From the NCBI GenBank assembly GCA_046346885.1, contig JAXMHI010000008.1, positions 52,049-116,048 on the forward strand: a DNA stretch of 64,000 nt. The letters are read 5' to 3'. The DNA is from a bacterium. Its GTDB lineage: Bacteria; UBA10199; JADFYH01. The stretch's first letter is position 1, and the number at the start of each line of letters is the position of its first letter. A model generated the notes under the pieces. It saw nothing but the letters and a program-made list of their open reading frames with translations, was not told the DNA's origin and made no database searches. The position numbers and the translations under genes are program-made. Of the stretch, positions 1 through 10,398 are shown in pieces.

Positions 1-243
1 AAGGTCGTCATCCAAAAGATCATCAAAGATGAAAGCGAACATTTGAATTATCTCGAACGGATGATCGAGCACTTTCCCGCCGACCTTTCGTTGAAAGATT
101 CCCCGCTTTTCGAGTTTGAAGAAAATTGCTTCATCGACTATATAAAAAGGATGAGGCAATATTTCGAAACGTCGGGGACGAATGACGAAATCAAGCCGGT
201 CAGTCCCCCCAAAGCCTTCGCCGAACGGCGACAGGCGGGATGA
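1..243 (+). CDS. 3' end of an unidentified protein (possible ferritin-like E-x-x-H motif); partial at window edge
   Basis: Open frame from window start to TGA at 241-243; translation ...KDESEHLNYLERMIEHF...; no recognisable family. Confidence 0.3.
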   Translation, partial: KVVIQKIIKDESEHLNYLERMIEHFPADLSLKDSPLFEFEENCFIDYIKRMRQYFETSGTNDEIKPVSPPKAFAERRQAG

Positions 244-253
244 TTCCTCGCTT

Positions 254-2512
254 ATGGTCTTTCAGCAAGATTCTCTGAAGACCCTCTCGAACATCGCCCG
301 CATTCTTCAGAAATCCCATCCTTCGGAAAATCCCCTCGCTCATATCGTGACGATCGTGCGCGATCAGATCGGCGTCGACGTTTGCTCCCTCTACCTCCTC
401 CAAGAAAAAACCTTGGTTTTGGTTGCCACCGACGGGCTCGATCCCGCTTCCGTGGGACAAGTGCGCATGCGGGTGAGCGAAGGTTTGACCGGGCTCGCCG
501 TCGAGAAGCTTCAACCGGTGATCGTCAATGAGGCGAGCCGGCATCCCCGCTTTAAATATTTTCCCAAAACGGGGGAGGAGAAATTCTCTTCTTTCGCCGC
601 CGTTCCTCTTTTGGATCGAGACCAAGTGATCGGCGTGCTCACCCTCCAAACCGCCCAAGCCCGCGAGTTTAGCCCCCACGAGATCGAGATTTTGAAGTTG
701 ATCGCCTTTCAGCTCTCGGGCGTTGTTCAAAATTTGGTTCGACTCGAAGTATTGCAGCAGGAAGGCAAGTCGGAGAAACGCCCGCAACAACTCTCGGGCA
801 TCCCCGTGGCCCCCGGCTTCGGCATCGCGGCGGCTTTTTTCTTAAGGCCCGGCGTTTCTCCCGTGGTGCTCCCTTTCGACCGCACCACGAAGCTGTCTCC
901 GAAAGAGGAATGGAAGAAGCTGAAGACCGCCATGGATAAGGCCTCGAAAGATTTGGCGAGGCTCGAGAAAAAGCTGCAGAAAAAGTTTTCGAAGAAGGAA
1001 TCGGACATTTTTTATTCGCACCGAATGATTCTCTCCGATCCTTCCTTTCAAAAAAAGCTGAAGACCGAGGTTCAGAAGGGCAAAAGCGCCTTCGACACCG
1101 TCGGGCAGGTGATTGGAGACTATATCCGCCATTTCGAGAAGGTGGAAGATCCCCATTTTCGCGAGCGGGCCGCCGATCTGGAAGATTTGCGGCAACGGGT
1201 GCTTGAGCACTTGGTCGGCACTAAAGTCGCCCGCTCGAAGCAGAAACTCGAAGGAATTTTAATCGCCGAAACCTTAGTGCCCTCCGATACGGCCCGGCTC
1301 GACCCCGAGCTCATCAAAGGCATCGTCACTTCCCGGGGCGGGCTCACTTCTCACGCGGCCATCTTGGCGCGTTCCCTCGGCATCCCAGCGGTCATGGGGA
1401 TCGGCGGGGTCGTAAACAAGATACAACCGGGAGATTTGCTCATCGTCGACGGCAACGAGGGAAAAGTTTACGTTCATCCCGAGCGCCCGGTGCTGCGAGA
1501 GTACGAGAAAATCCAAGAACGTTACGCCGACCGCATCGTGCACCTGCAGAAATTCGCCGGGGAGCCGGCCCATACGCGCGACGGGGAGCGCGTGCACGTG
1601 GAGGCCAACGTGGGCCTCATCTCCGATTTGAAGAAGCTCCGCTATTTCGGAGCCGAGGGTGTGGGACTATACCGCACCGAGTTCCCCTTCATGATGCGCA
1701 AGCGCCTGCCCGACGAGGAGGAACAGTTTGTTCTTTACCGCAAGGTGGTGGAAGAGGCGGGGGGACTGCCCATTACCTTCCGCATTTTAGATGCGGGGGG
1801 AGACAAACCCGTCGAGGCTTTGGGTATGACGCCGGAGGCGAATCCTTTCTTGGGTTACCGCTCCATCCGTCTTTTCTTGAACCGGCCGGAAATTTTAGAA
1901 ATTCAATTCCGAGCCCTCTTGCGCGCTTCCCTCGTGGGTCCGGTATTGGTGCTGGTGCCCATGATCTCGGGGTTGGAGGAGCTTCGGGCGATCCGAGACA
2001 TTTTCAAGGGCGCCCAGCAAAATTTGAAGCGGCGGCAAATCGAGTTCGACGCGAAAGTTCCCTTCGGCATCATGATCGAAGTGCCTTCGGCGGTGCAGAT
2101 GGTACGCCGCTTCGCCCCCGAGGTGGATTTTTTCAGCATCGGAACCAACGACCTCACCCAATATACCCTGGCGGTGGACCGAAACAACGAGCGCGTTTCC
2201 TCCTTCTTCGAACCTCTGCATCCGGCCGTGATCCAATCCATCGCCCGCGTCGCGAAGACGGGGAGGGAATTCTTAAAGCCGGTGGGCGTTTGCGGCGAGA
2301 TGGCGGGAGATCCCAAAATGGCCCCGCTGCTCGTCGGCTTGGGCGTTACCCAGCTTTCGATGATTCCCGCCAACATTCCCCTCGTGAAAAAGGTGATCCG
2401 CGAAATTGATTACGCCGAAGTGAAGCAAATGGCCGAGAAGGCCCTTGAAGCCGGCACCGTTGAGGAAGTGAGGGAGTTGTTGAGGCCCTTCGGGCGTTAT
2501 GCGGAGTCTTGA
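254..2512 (+). CDS. ptsP: Phosphoenolpyruvate-protein phosphotransferase PtsP (GAF domain + Enzyme I, nitrogen PTS)
   Basis: N-terminal GAF-like region; PEP-utilizing enzyme motifs GGLTSHAAILARSLGIPAVMG and SIGTNDLTQY. The ORF track starts at 182, but the ATG at 254 (MVFQQDSLKTLSNIARIL) aligns with the PtsP N-terminus. Confidence 0.85.
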   Translation: MVFQQDSLKTLSNIARILQKSHPSENPLAHIVTIVRDQIGVDVCSLYLLQEKTLVLVATDGLDPASVGQVRMRVSEGLTGLAVEKLQPVIVNEASRHPRFKYFPKTGEEKFSSFAAVPLLDRDQVIGVLTLQTAQAREFSPHEIEILKLIAFQLSGVVQNLVRLEVLQQEGKSEKRPQQLSGIPVAPGFGIAAAFFLRPGVSPVVLPFDRTTKLSPKEEWKKLKTAMDKASKDLARLEKKLQKKFSKKESDIFYSHRMILSDPSFQKKLKTEVQKGKSAFDTVGQVIGDYIRHFEKVEDPHFRERAADLEDLRQRVLEHLVGTKVARSKQKLEGILIAETLVPSDTARLDPELIKGIVTSRGGLTSHAAILARSLGIPAVMGIGGVVNKIQPGDLLIVDGNEGKVYVHPERPVLREYEKIQERYADRIVHLQKFAGEPAHTRDGERVHVEANVGLISDLKKLRYFGAEGVGLYRTEFPFMMRKRLPDEEEQFVLYRKVVEEAGGLPITFRILDAGGDKPVEALGMTPEANPFLGYRSIRLFLNRPEILEIQFRALLRASLVGPVLVLVPMISGLEELRAIRDIFKGAQQNLKRRQIEFDAKVPFGIMIEVPSAVQMVRRFAPEVDFFSIGTNDLTQYTLAVDRNNERVSSFFEPLHPAVIQSIARVAKTGREFLKPVGVCGEMAGDPKMAPLLVGLGVTQLSMIPANIPLVKKVIREIDYAEVKQMAEKALEAGTVEEVRELLRPFGRYAES

Positions 2513-3522
2513 GAATCGAGCGCCCGGAGTACTTGGCTTTTTAAGGCTTCGATGAAGAGGGGGCTGTCGTTCAAGGCGGGCATCAGCTCATATTGCTTCA
2601 TGCCAAGGCTCATCGCGAGCTCACCGTATAATTTTTTCAGCTCATACAGGGTTTCCGAGTGGTCGGAAACGAAACTGATGGGGACGGCGATGACGTAACG
2701 GATCCCCTCCTGCGCCATGGCGCCCAGAACGTCCACCGTGGAGGGCTCCAACCATCGTGCGGGCCCCACTTTGCTTTGATAGGCCAGACGGTGAGGCCAC
2801 GAAGGACTCAGTTCGGCCATCACCAGCTCGACACTGCGGCGTATTTGGCGGTCATAGGGGTCCCCCTGGCGGATTTCCTTAAGCGGGATTCCGTGAGCCG
2901 AGAAAAGCAGGTGTACTTCCCTTTGCTCCTCGGACGTGAAACGGTTCTTGGCTTCCCGGATCCGTTCGGCGACCGAACGGATGTAAAGCGGATGGTCGTG
3001 GTAATCATCGATAAAAATTTCTTTTTCGAAGCGAGCCTTCATTTTACGGCACTGCTTCCGCCATTCGCGAAGGGAGGAGCGGGTGGTGGTGTGGGAATAT
3101 TGGGGAAAGAGGGGAAGTAGAATGACTTTGCGGATTCCCTCTTCCTGCAGAAGACGGATGGCGTCTTCGGTAAAGGGCTTCCAATACCGCATCGCGATGA
3201 CGACTTTGAATCGTTTGTCCCCCTCTCCCGTCCGGGAAGAGGGGTAGTTTAATGTTTTTTCCAAAGCGTCCGCTTGTTTTTGCGTGAGTTCGGTAATGGG
3301 TGATTTGCCGCCCATATATTCGAAGTAGACCCGGCTCTTCGGCGCGCGCCGGGAGGAAATCAATTTCGCCAAGGGTTTGCGCAGCAGGGAAGCCAGGGGG
3401 AAAGTGAAGATGTCCGGATCTTGGAAAAGATTGTAGAGGAACGGTTCCACCGCTTCGAGCGAGTCGGGACCACCCAGATTGAAGAGCACCACGCCGATTT
3501 TTTCTGTTTTTGTTCCGGTCAT
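2497..3522 (-). CDS. hemH: Ferrochelatase
   Basis: MTGTKTEKIGVVLFNLGGPDSLEAVEPFLYNLFQDPDIF is a typical ferrochelatase N-terminus. Internal ATG at 3522 chosen; it lies 1 nt downstream of the hemN stop. Confidence 0.85.
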   Translation of the reverse strand: MTGTKTEKIGVVLFNLGGPDSLEAVEPFLYNLFQDPDIFTFPLASLLRKPLAKLISSRRAPKSRVYFEYMGGKSPITELTQKQADALEKTLNYPSSRTGEGDKRFKVVIAMRYWKPFTEDAIRLLQEEGIRKVILLPLFPQYSHTTTRSSLREWRKQCRKMKARFEKEIFIDDYHDHPLYIRSVAERIREAKNRFTSEEQREVHLLFSAHGIPLKEIRQGDPYDRQIRRSVELVMAELSPSWPHRLAYQSKVGPARWLEPSTVDVLGAMAQEGIRYVIAVPISFVSDHSETLYELKKLYGELAMSLGMKQYELMPALNDSPLFIEALKSQVLRALDSQDSA

Positions 3523-3523
3523 A

Positions 3524-4915
3524 TTAGAGCGTTTTGGAGAAAATCGGTTTTTCCTTCGCCATCGATTCAAGGTAGGCATCGAAGACCATTACGACGTTGC
3601 GGATGAGCAGCCGCCCCGTCCCTTCCACCCGGATCTTCCCGTTTTCGCGGATTACGAAACCATCCCGGATAAATTCCTTCAAGCGCTCCAATGAATCCGC
3701 GAAATACTCCCCGAAGTGGATGTTGAATTCCTTCTCAATTTCCTTTTCGTCCAATTCAAAATCGCACATGAGGCGCGTGATGACCTTCCGGCGTATGTGG
3801 TCGTCCGCATTCAGCCGGTAGCCCACGTGGGTCGCGAAGCGGTTTTCCGAGAGGGCGCGGTAATACTCGGGCAAGGTCTTCGCGTTTTGCGCGTAAACGT
3901 TTTCGAGCTGACTGATGGCGCTCATCCCCAAGGCGTAGACGTCGCAGCCCGCCTTGGTGGAATAGCCCTGGAAATTCCGGTAGAGGGTTTTGTTCTTTTG
4001 GGCGACGGCGAGCTCGTCGTCGGGCTTCGCGAAGTGGTCCATGCCGATGTATTCGTAACCGGAGGCGGAAAGTTTCTCGATGGTCATCTTCAAGATCGCG
4101 AGTTTTTGGTCGGGCGTGGGCAGGTCTTCGGCCTTAATCAGGTTCATGTGCTTCTTCAGCCAGGGCACGTGGGCGTAGTTGAAGACGGCCAGGCGTTCCG
4201 GGGAGATATCGAGGATATGGTCTAAGGTTTCCTCGAAGCTCTTCAGGGTTTGTAAGGGGAGGCCGTAGATTAAATCTAAATTGATGCTGCGGAATCCCAA
4301 CTCGCGGCCCCAGTTCACTGCATCACGTGTGATGCTCTCCGGTTGCACGCGGTTCACGGCCTGTTGCACCTTCTCGTTAAAATCCTGCACACCCATGGAG
4401 AGGCGGTTGAAACCGGCCTCTTGCAAGGCCTTCACGTGTTCACGCGTGAGGCCTCGGGGGTCGATTTCGCAACTGGCTTCCAATGCGTCCTCATCGAAGC
4501 GGAATTTTTTTCGGATGGCGCCCCCGAGCCTCAAGATTTCATCGGGGTTCAAGTAAGTCGGCGTTCCCCCGCCCCAATGCATTTGCACTACCGGGCGCGC
4601 GGAGGGTACATAGGCGGCCACGCGGTTAATTTCCTTTTCCAAGTAATCCAAATATTCCGAAATCTTTTGCCGCTCGTGGGTGACGAGCATGTTGCAGCCG
4701 CAGAAGTAGCAGAGCGTGTCGCAGAAGGGGATATGGAAATAGAGGGAGACGGGATTTCTAGAATTGCCCGCATTCGTGCCGCGGATCTCTTCCTCAAAAT
4801 CTTTCGGGCCGAAGTCTTTCGAAAATTTGGGCGCGGTCGGGTAACTTGTGTAGCGGGGGCCCGGCTTGTCGTAGCGCTTTAAGACCGAAAGGTCGATGTC
4901 GGTGAAGGACTTCAT
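3524..4915 (-). CDS. hemN: Oxygen-independent coproporphyrinogen III oxidase (radical SAM, HemN type)
   Basis: 463 aa; N-terminus YPTAPKF; radical-SAM cysteine motif CYFCGCN; sits between hemE and hemH. Confidence 0.85.
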   Translation of the reverse strand: MKSFTDIDLSVLKRYDKPGPRYTSYPTAPKFSKDFGPKDFEEEIRGTNAGNSRNPVSLYFHIPFCDTLCYFCGCNMLVTHERQKISEYLDYLEKEINRVAAYVPSARPVVQMHWGGGTPTYLNPDEILRLGGAIRKKFRFDEDALEASCEIDPRGLTREHVKALQEAGFNRLSMGVQDFNEKVQQAVNRVQPESITRDAVNWGRELGFRSINLDLIYGLPLQTLKSFEETLDHILDISPERLAVFNYAHVPWLKKHMNLIKAEDLPTPDQKLAILKMTIEKLSASGYEYIGMDHFAKPDDELAVAQKNKTLYRNFQGYSTKAGCDVYALGMSAISQLENVYAQNAKTLPEYYRALSENRFATHVGYRLNADDHIRRKVITRLMCDFELDEKEIEKEFNIHFGEYFADSLERLKEFIRDGFVIRENGKIRVEGTGRLLIRNVVMVFDAYLESMAKEKPIFSKTL

Positions 4916-4922
4916 GTTTCAA

Positions 4923-5963
4923 TCAAGAACTTAACTCTTTCACGCATTCCACCAAATACCGGGCGTTCTCCGGCGGGACGTCCGGCAGGATGCCGTGTCC
5001 CAGGTTGAAAACGTGGCCTTTTTTGCCCGCTTTTTTCAAGACCTCTTTCACTCCCTGGCGGATGCGGGAACGGGAGCAATACAGTAAACATGGATCAAGA
5101 TTGCCCTGCAGCGCAACCCGGCCTTTCGCGATTTTTCGCGCCCAGGCCATGTCGACCGTCCAGTCGAGGCTGATCACGTCCGCGCCGCAAGAGGCGATCC
5201 GTTTCAGTTGATGGCCCGTGCCCTTGGCGAAGAAGATGACGGGGACGTCTTTCCGGTTCAGGCGGCCGATCACCCGCTCCGCATAGCTTAAGGAGAATTC
5301 CTGAAACGATTCGGGATCTAAGATCCCGCCCCACGAATCGAAGATCTGCACCGCCTGGGCGCCGCATTCGATCTGGTAATTGAGGGAATCGGCCACCGCG
5401 TCGCTTAAGGTTTTCAAAAGCTGATGGGCCGTTTTTTTCTGGTCGTAGATGAAACGCTTCACTTTCGCGTAGTCCCGGCTGCCGCCGCCTTCCACCATGT
5501 AGACCAGGAGGGTCCATGGGGAGCCGGCGAAGCCGATCAACGGCACTTTTCCCTCCAGCCGTTTTCTAACGAGTTGGATGGCGCGTCCCAGCGAGTCGTA
5601 GGCTTTTTCCACCTTCGGTCGTTTGAGCCTCTTTAAATCGTGCACGGTCTTGACGGTGGGGAAAAGCTTCGGCCCCACTTTTTCCTCGATCGTGAGCCCC
5701 ATTCCCATGGCTTCGGGAATGATGAGGATGTCGGAGAAGATGATCGCCGCATCGACCTTTAAAATGTCGATCGGTTGCAGCGTCACCTGCGCGGCGAGCT
5801 CCGGGGTCTTGCAGAGATTTAGGAAAGTGGTTTTCTCCCGCACCTTGCGGTACTCGGGCAGGTAGCGTCCCGCCTGGCGCATGATCCAGACGGGGGTGCG
5901 CTCGGTGGGTTCGCGAAAACAGGCGCGGATGAAGAGACTTTCGTGTTTAGCGTGTTTGGGCAT
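4923..5963 (-). CDS. hemE: Uroporphyrinogen decarboxylase
   Basis: N-terminus ...PVWIMRQAGRYLPEYR is the hallmark HemE motif; 346 aa. Confidence 0.9.
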   Translation of the reverse strand: MPKHAKHESLFIRACFREPTERTPVWIMRQAGRYLPEYRKVREKTTFLNLCKTPELAAQVTLQPIDILKVDAAIIFSDILIIPEAMGMGLTIEEKVGPKLFPTVKTVHDLKRLKRPKVEKAYDSLGRAIQLVRKRLEGKVPLIGFAGSPWTLLVYMVEGGGSRDYAKVKRFIYDQKKTAHQLLKTLSDAVADSLNYQIECGAQAVQIFDSWGGILDPESFQEFSLSYAERVIGRLNRKDVPVIFFAKGTGHQLKRIASCGADVISLDWTVDMAWARKIAKGRVALQGNLDPCLLYCSRSRIRQGVKEVLKKAGKKGHVFNLGHGILPDVPPENARYLVECVKELSS

Positions 5964-6032
5964 AAAAAATCTCGCAAGAAGGCGCGAGGCTAGAACGGAT
6001 GGAGCACGATTTCAATGGGCTTTTGAAAAGGC

Positions 6033-6503
6033 TTAGTAGGACCCGTTCCCGCGGGTTCGCGACCAACTTTCGAATAACTTCAGGCTTTCTTTTCTGAGAA
6101 GGTCCCCTTCAATCTCAATCGGGCTTTCCCCCCATTTTTTCATCGTCTCGTTGGAAATCGTCAATTCGCTGAAGCCCAAGCCTTTCGCGTCTTCGATGCG
6201 GCTTCCGAAGAAGATCTTCGAGAGTCTGGCCCAATGGCAGGCGGAGAAACACATGGGGCAAGGCTCGCAGGTCGAATAAATCACGGCTCCGCTCAGGTCG
6301 ATCGCTTTCAAGCGGCGGCAGGCCTCGCGAATCGCCGTCACCTCCGCGTGGGCGGTGATGTCTCCGCTTTTCCACACTTGGTTGTGGACGAGCGCCACCA
6401 CTTCGTTGTCCTTTACGATGCAGGCGCCGAAGGGGCTTTGGCCCTGGGCGATTCCTTCCTTCGCTTTCGCGATGGCTTTCCGCATGTAATCTTCGTCGGT
6501 CAT
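6033..6503 (-). CDS. CDA-fold zinc deaminase, guanine deaminase (GuaD)-like or TadA-like
   Basis: 156 aa; HAE...PCPMC zinc-binding motifs; SPFGACIVKDN and TAHAEVTAIREAC resemble Bacillus GuaD. Confidence 0.6.
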   Translation of the reverse strand: MTDEDYMRKAIAKAKEGIAQGQSPFGACIVKDNEVVALVHNQVWKSGDITAHAEVTAIREACRRLKAIDLSGAVIYSTCEPCPMCFSACHWARLSKIFFGSRIEDAKGLGFSELTISNETMKKWGESPIEIEGDLLRKESLKLFESWSRTRGNGSY

Positions 6504-6510
6504 GATCCCC

Positions 6511-8556
6511 TTAGATTTGGTAGACGAATTCGCGCCCCGGCCAGATGGCTCTCAGCTTGATGCTCTTGCCTTGGGGATCCAAAATGCTTCCCCACGAGAT
6601 GGCCAAGCTCTCCATTTGGTTTTCCACGCTCATCTTTCCGGAAAGACCCATCACCACCTCATCCACCTGAAGGTCGTGGGCCACCTTGCCGATGGCGAAG
6701 TAGGGGTCGCGCGCGGGAACCAAGATGGGGATCACCGTTTTACCCGCTTTCTCCGCCAAGTTGACGATGTGGGTTAAAAGCGATTGTTCCTCCGGATAGA
6801 GGGAGCCGTAGTTTCCCTCGATCTGGTAGGGTTTCTCCACTTTCGCCGCCATGACGATGCAGTCGGTCGTGTCGGGGTCCAATTCTTCCAAAACTTTTTT
6901 CACATGGTAGAGGTTGTTGGGGTCGCGGGCGGTCACCAAAATGCGTTTCTCTTTATGCAGTTCGCAGCACTCGGGGGTCAGGTTTTCTTCGAATTCCAGG
7001 TTCACCTTCTCGTGAAACTCCACTCCATGTTCCTCTTTGTGTTTTTGGGCTTTATGCCGGTAAGACCTTTCCGAGAGAGTGAAGAGAACGAAGAAGAGAA
7101 GACTGAAGCCGACGCCCCACTCGGTGGCGATGGGCTTCGTGAAGAAATTGACGACGGCGAAGGCGAATAGAATGACCAAGGTGATGCCCAGTCCCAGGGG
7201 GATTTCCGTGCCGCCGATTTTGAAATTGAGCGGTACTTTCCACTCGCGCGGCGTTTTGTCTTTGAAGCGAAGGATAAGCATGGCTAATGCGACGAAGGTA
7301 AAGCTCCAGATGACTCCGAAGGCATAGGCCTCGCCCAGGGTGTAAATATTGCCCTGGCAAGCGAGTACGGTGAAGATCTGAAGGAGGAGGATCAAGTTGA
7401 GTACTCTCGACGTGGTCCCGAATTTTTTATGGGGTACGCGGAACCAATCGGTGAGGACGCCGTCTTCCGACACCCGGTTGAGGACGCCGTTGGAGCCTAC
7501 CATCGAGGTGTTCACTGCGCCGGAGAGGATGAGGAAGCCGACGAACACTACCAAACCGTGAAGCGCCAAGTGCAGCCACTCGGGGCCCACCACATGCATC
7601 GCGAGTCCCCCCAACAAATTATCCGCGTACTGTTTCACCCGCACCGAGTCGGGGATGATCATGATGGCGAAAAAAGTCGTGAGGGAGGTGAAAAGGAGAC
7701 TGAACGCGGCAATAAGCACTCCCGCGCGCATGAGATTTTTAAGTTTAGGCGCTTCGATCTCGCGATAGACTTGGGCGAGCGATTCCTCGCCGCTCATGGC
7801 GAGCAGCGAGTGGCCCAGGGCGACCATGATTCCAAAGGCGCCCCAGGTTTTCGCCCAGCTAAAATCCTTCAGCCAACCCAAGGCTTCGTCGGTGATGACG
7901 GGTTTGAGCGGGGGCAGCGGTGTGTGGTTCGTCATGAGGGTCGCCACGCTGAAACCGATGAGGATAACGCCGACCACCGTGGTGGCGATCAAGATTTTCA
8001 GCGCCTTGTCGCTCGATTCTTCGATGCCGATCACGTTTTTCCGCCAGAAATAGAAGATGACGAGAAGGGCGAAAATCACCGAGAAGAAATTGTGGGGCAG
8101 ATGGAACGAAAGATGAAAATAACCCGCCAGTTCGTTTAAGAAACTCACCAGGTATTGCCCCGCCGAGACGGCGCTGATGGGGCCGGTTAAGACGTAGTCG
8201 AACATGAGGGCCGAAACGGCGATCTTGGCTAAGGTGCCGCCCATGGCGTGCTTGACCACCTTGTAAACCCCGCCGCGGACGAACATGGAGCAAGACTCGA
8301 CGTAGACCATCCGTACGCAGTTGGAGAAGAGCATGATGCCCAAGATGAACCAGGGGGCAGCCTTCCCGATCGCCTGCTCCGCGATGCCGCCCGCATAAAA
8401 GGCGGAGGACCCCAAGTCGCAAAGGACGATGGCGCCGGCTCTCCAAAAGGAAATGAAGGAGAGCATGGCCGTCGTGCAGAGAATCGCGTTGGGTTTTAGG
8501 CTGCTTCTTATTTTTGAGGAAGGAGAAGATTCGTCCATATGATGAAAGGCAAACAA
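6511..8556 (-). CDS. APC-family amino acid/polyamine permease with C-terminal universal stress protein (USP)-like domain
   Basis: About 12 hydrophobic segments in the N-terminal 480 aa. C-terminal ~160 aa (KRILVTARDPNN...VPARDPYFAIGKVAHD...VVMGLSGK) is a USP-like alpha/beta domain. Confidence 0.6.
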   Translation of the reverse strand: MFAFHHMDESSPSSKIRSSLKPNAILCTTAMLSFISFWRAGAIVLCDLGSSAFYAGGIAEQAIGKAAPWFILGIMLFSNCVRMVYVESCSMFVRGGVYKVVKHAMGGTLAKIAVSALMFDYVLTGPISAVSAGQYLVSFLNELAGYFHLSFHLPHNFFSVIFALLVIFYFWRKNVIGIEESSDKALKILIATTVVGVILIGFSVATLMTNHTPLPPLKPVITDEALGWLKDFSWAKTWGAFGIMVALGHSLLAMSGEESLAQVYREIEAPKLKNLMRAGVLIAAFSLLFTSLTTFFAIMIIPDSVRVKQYADNLLGGLAMHVVGPEWLHLALHGLVVFVGFLILSGAVNTSMVGSNGVLNRVSEDGVLTDWFRVPHKKFGTTSRVLNLILLLQIFTVLACQGNIYTLGEAYAFGVIWSFTFVALAMLILRFKDKTPREWKVPLNFKIGGTEIPLGLGITLVILFAFAVVNFFTKPIATEWGVGFSLLFFVLFTLSERSYRHKAQKHKEEHGVEFHEKVNLEFEENLTPECCELHKEKRILVTARDPNNLYHVKKVLEELDPDTTDCIVMAAKVEKPYQIEGNYGSLYPEEQSLLTHIVNLAEKAGKTVIPILVPARDPYFAIGKVAHDLQVDEVVMGLSGKMSVENQMESLAISWGSILDPQGKSIKLRAIWPGREFVYQI

Positions 8557-8657
8557 TCGCCTTTATTTGGGTTTACAACGTCTCGGCCTAAAAGACAAGT
8601 TGGGGAAATCCGCTTCGTTCATTGACGAAAGGGGCGGGAATCATTAGGGTCTTACCC

Positions 8658-10025
8658 ATGCCGAAAGCCCAAACCGTTTTTTCCTGCCAAAACTGCGGTT
8701 ACCAATCGCCCAAGTGGTTGGGCAAATGCCCCGATTGCAACAAGTGGAACAGTTTCGCCGAGGAGAATTTCCAAGCCGCTCAGCCGACCGCCGCGCGTTT
8801 CTCGGATCCCGGCTTCGTGACGTTGTGTTCCGAAGCGCTTCCCATCACCGAAGTGACCTCCCAATCCGTCGCCCGCTTCACCTCCGGCAACAGCGAGCTG
8901 GATCGCCTTTTGGGGGGCGGCATCGTTCCTTCCTCGCTTACGCTCTTGGGCGGCGATCCCGGTATCGGGAAATCCACACTCGTCCTGCAAATGTTGGGAG
9001 CGGTAACCGAGAATGCACCCGTCCTCTACGTTTCGGGGGAAGAATCGGCGAGCCAGATCAAGCTGCGAGCGGAGCGTTTGGGCGTGCGTTCCGATCGTCT
9101 CTTCGTCCTCTCCGAAAATAATTTGCGCAAGGCCATCCAGGCCGTGGAGAAAATTCAGCCGAGACTCCTTGTCGTCGATTCCATCCAAACCGTTTTTCTT
9201 CCGGAGCTCGAATCGGCCCCCGGCTCCTTAACCCAAGTGAGGGAATGCGCGGGCAAGCTCCTCTACGTCACGAAAAGCCAGCCCATGGCCACTTGGCTCG
9301 TGGGACACATGACGAAGGAGGGAATGATCGCAGGGCCGAAGGTGCTCGAACACTTGGTGGATACCGTCCTTTATTTCGAAGGGGACAAGGGGCAGGCTTA
9401 TCGATTACTCCGGACCAACAAGAACCGCTTCGGTTCCACCAATGAAGTGGGCGTGTTTGAGATGGCGGGGCAGGGCTTGCTGCCCATCCAAAACCCCTCC
9501 GCGCTTTTCCTCTCCGATTCGGCGGAAGCGGCGCCCGGTTCGGTGGTGGTGTCCAGTTTGGAAGGAACGCGGCCTTTCCTCGTCGAAGTGCAGGTGCTGG
9601 TGACTTCTTCCAACTTAGGCATGCCGCGTTGGGTTTCTTTGGGTGTGGATGGCAACCGTTTGTCGCTTTTGGTGGCCATTTTGGAAAAAATCGTCGGTCT
9701 TTCTTTTGCCGGGATGGATATTTTCGTCAACGTGGTGGGTGGTTTGAAACTGAGCGAAACCGGTTGCGATTTGGGCTTGCTCGCCGCCTTGGCTTCGAGC
9801 CATCGAGGAAGGCCCCTTCAACGGGGAACTGTACTGATCGGTGAAGCGGGACTTTCCGGCGAGGTAAGGCCCGTCGCCCAGATCGATCTTCGTTTGGCCG
9901 AGATTGAGCGCTTGGGTTTCAAACGGGTCATTCTTTCGCATAAGACCCCGAAACCGAAAGGAAAAGGGAGTTTGGAGTTGGTTTTCGTGAAAGACGTTCA
10001 AGAAGCGTTGGAAGTCCTCCTTTAA
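8658..10025 (+). CDS. radA: DNA repair protein RadA/Sms
   Basis: N-terminal zinc finger CQNCGY...CPDCNKWNSF; Walker A GGDPGIGKSTL; KNRFG motif; C-terminal Lon-like domain. ATG at 8658 chosen. Confidence 0.9.
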   Translation: MPKAQTVFSCQNCGYQSPKWLGKCPDCNKWNSFAEENFQAAQPTAARFSDPGFVTLCSEALPITEVTSQSVARFTSGNSELDRLLGGGIVPSSLTLLGGDPGIGKSTLVLQMLGAVTENAPVLYVSGEESASQIKLRAERLGVRSDRLFVLSENNLRKAIQAVEKIQPRLLVVDSIQTVFLPELESAPGSLTQVRECAGKLLYVTKSQPMATWLVGHMTKEGMIAGPKVLEHLVDTVLYFEGDKGQAYRLLRTNKNRFGSTNEVGVFEMAGQGLLPIQNPSALFLSDSAEAAPGSVVVSSLEGTRPFLVEVQVLVTSSNLGMPRWVSLGVDGNRLSLLVAILEKIVGLSFAGMDIFVNVVGGLKLSETGCDLGLLAALASSHRGRPLQRGTVLIGEAGLSGEVRPVAQIDLRLAEIERLGFKRVILSHKTPKPKGKGSLELVFVKDVQEALEVLL

Positions 10026-10067
10026 GCTACCTCCCCCATTGGATTTTCTATATAATGATAAATATCT

Positions 10068-10379
10068 ATGAATCTGCAGACGGAACTGCACAAATTAACC
10101 TCGCGTTTTAAGACCTTGTGGGACCGGGTGCGGCAAAAAATTGCCGAAAGATCCAAGGGGAATCAGGAAAATTCTCAAAGAAAATCAGGGCGTTATAAAG
10201 ATCAGTACGCGGGGGTCGGAGTGAAGGACGTCAAAGAGTATTTCTCCGATTTCCAAAAGAAAGACGACATGAAACCGGGCGCGGAAGACCACGAGCTCTC
10301 CAAAGTCATCGACGACGTACTCGATGAAATGCCTCCCAATCCCGATTCGGGCCTTTATGGGGGGCGAAGGCAGAAGTAG
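10068..10379 (+). CDS. Hypothetical small hydrophilic Lys/Asp-rich protein
   Basis: 103-aa ORF; TATAAT at 10051-10056 just upstream; no homology recognised; could be spurious. Confidence 0.25.
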   Translation: MNLQTELHKLTSRFKTLWDRVRQKIAERSKGNQENSQRKSGRYKDQYAGVGVKDVKEYFSDFQKKDDMKPGAEDHELSKVIDDVLDEMPPNPDSGLYGGRRQK

Positions 10380-10398
10380 CCCCCTCTCGACAAAGGCC

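Noticed and set aside
3716-4882. ORFs antisense to hemN and hemE (3716-4225, 4343-4882, 5095-5517)
   Set aside because: They overlap confidently identified heme-biosynthesis genes on the opposite strand.
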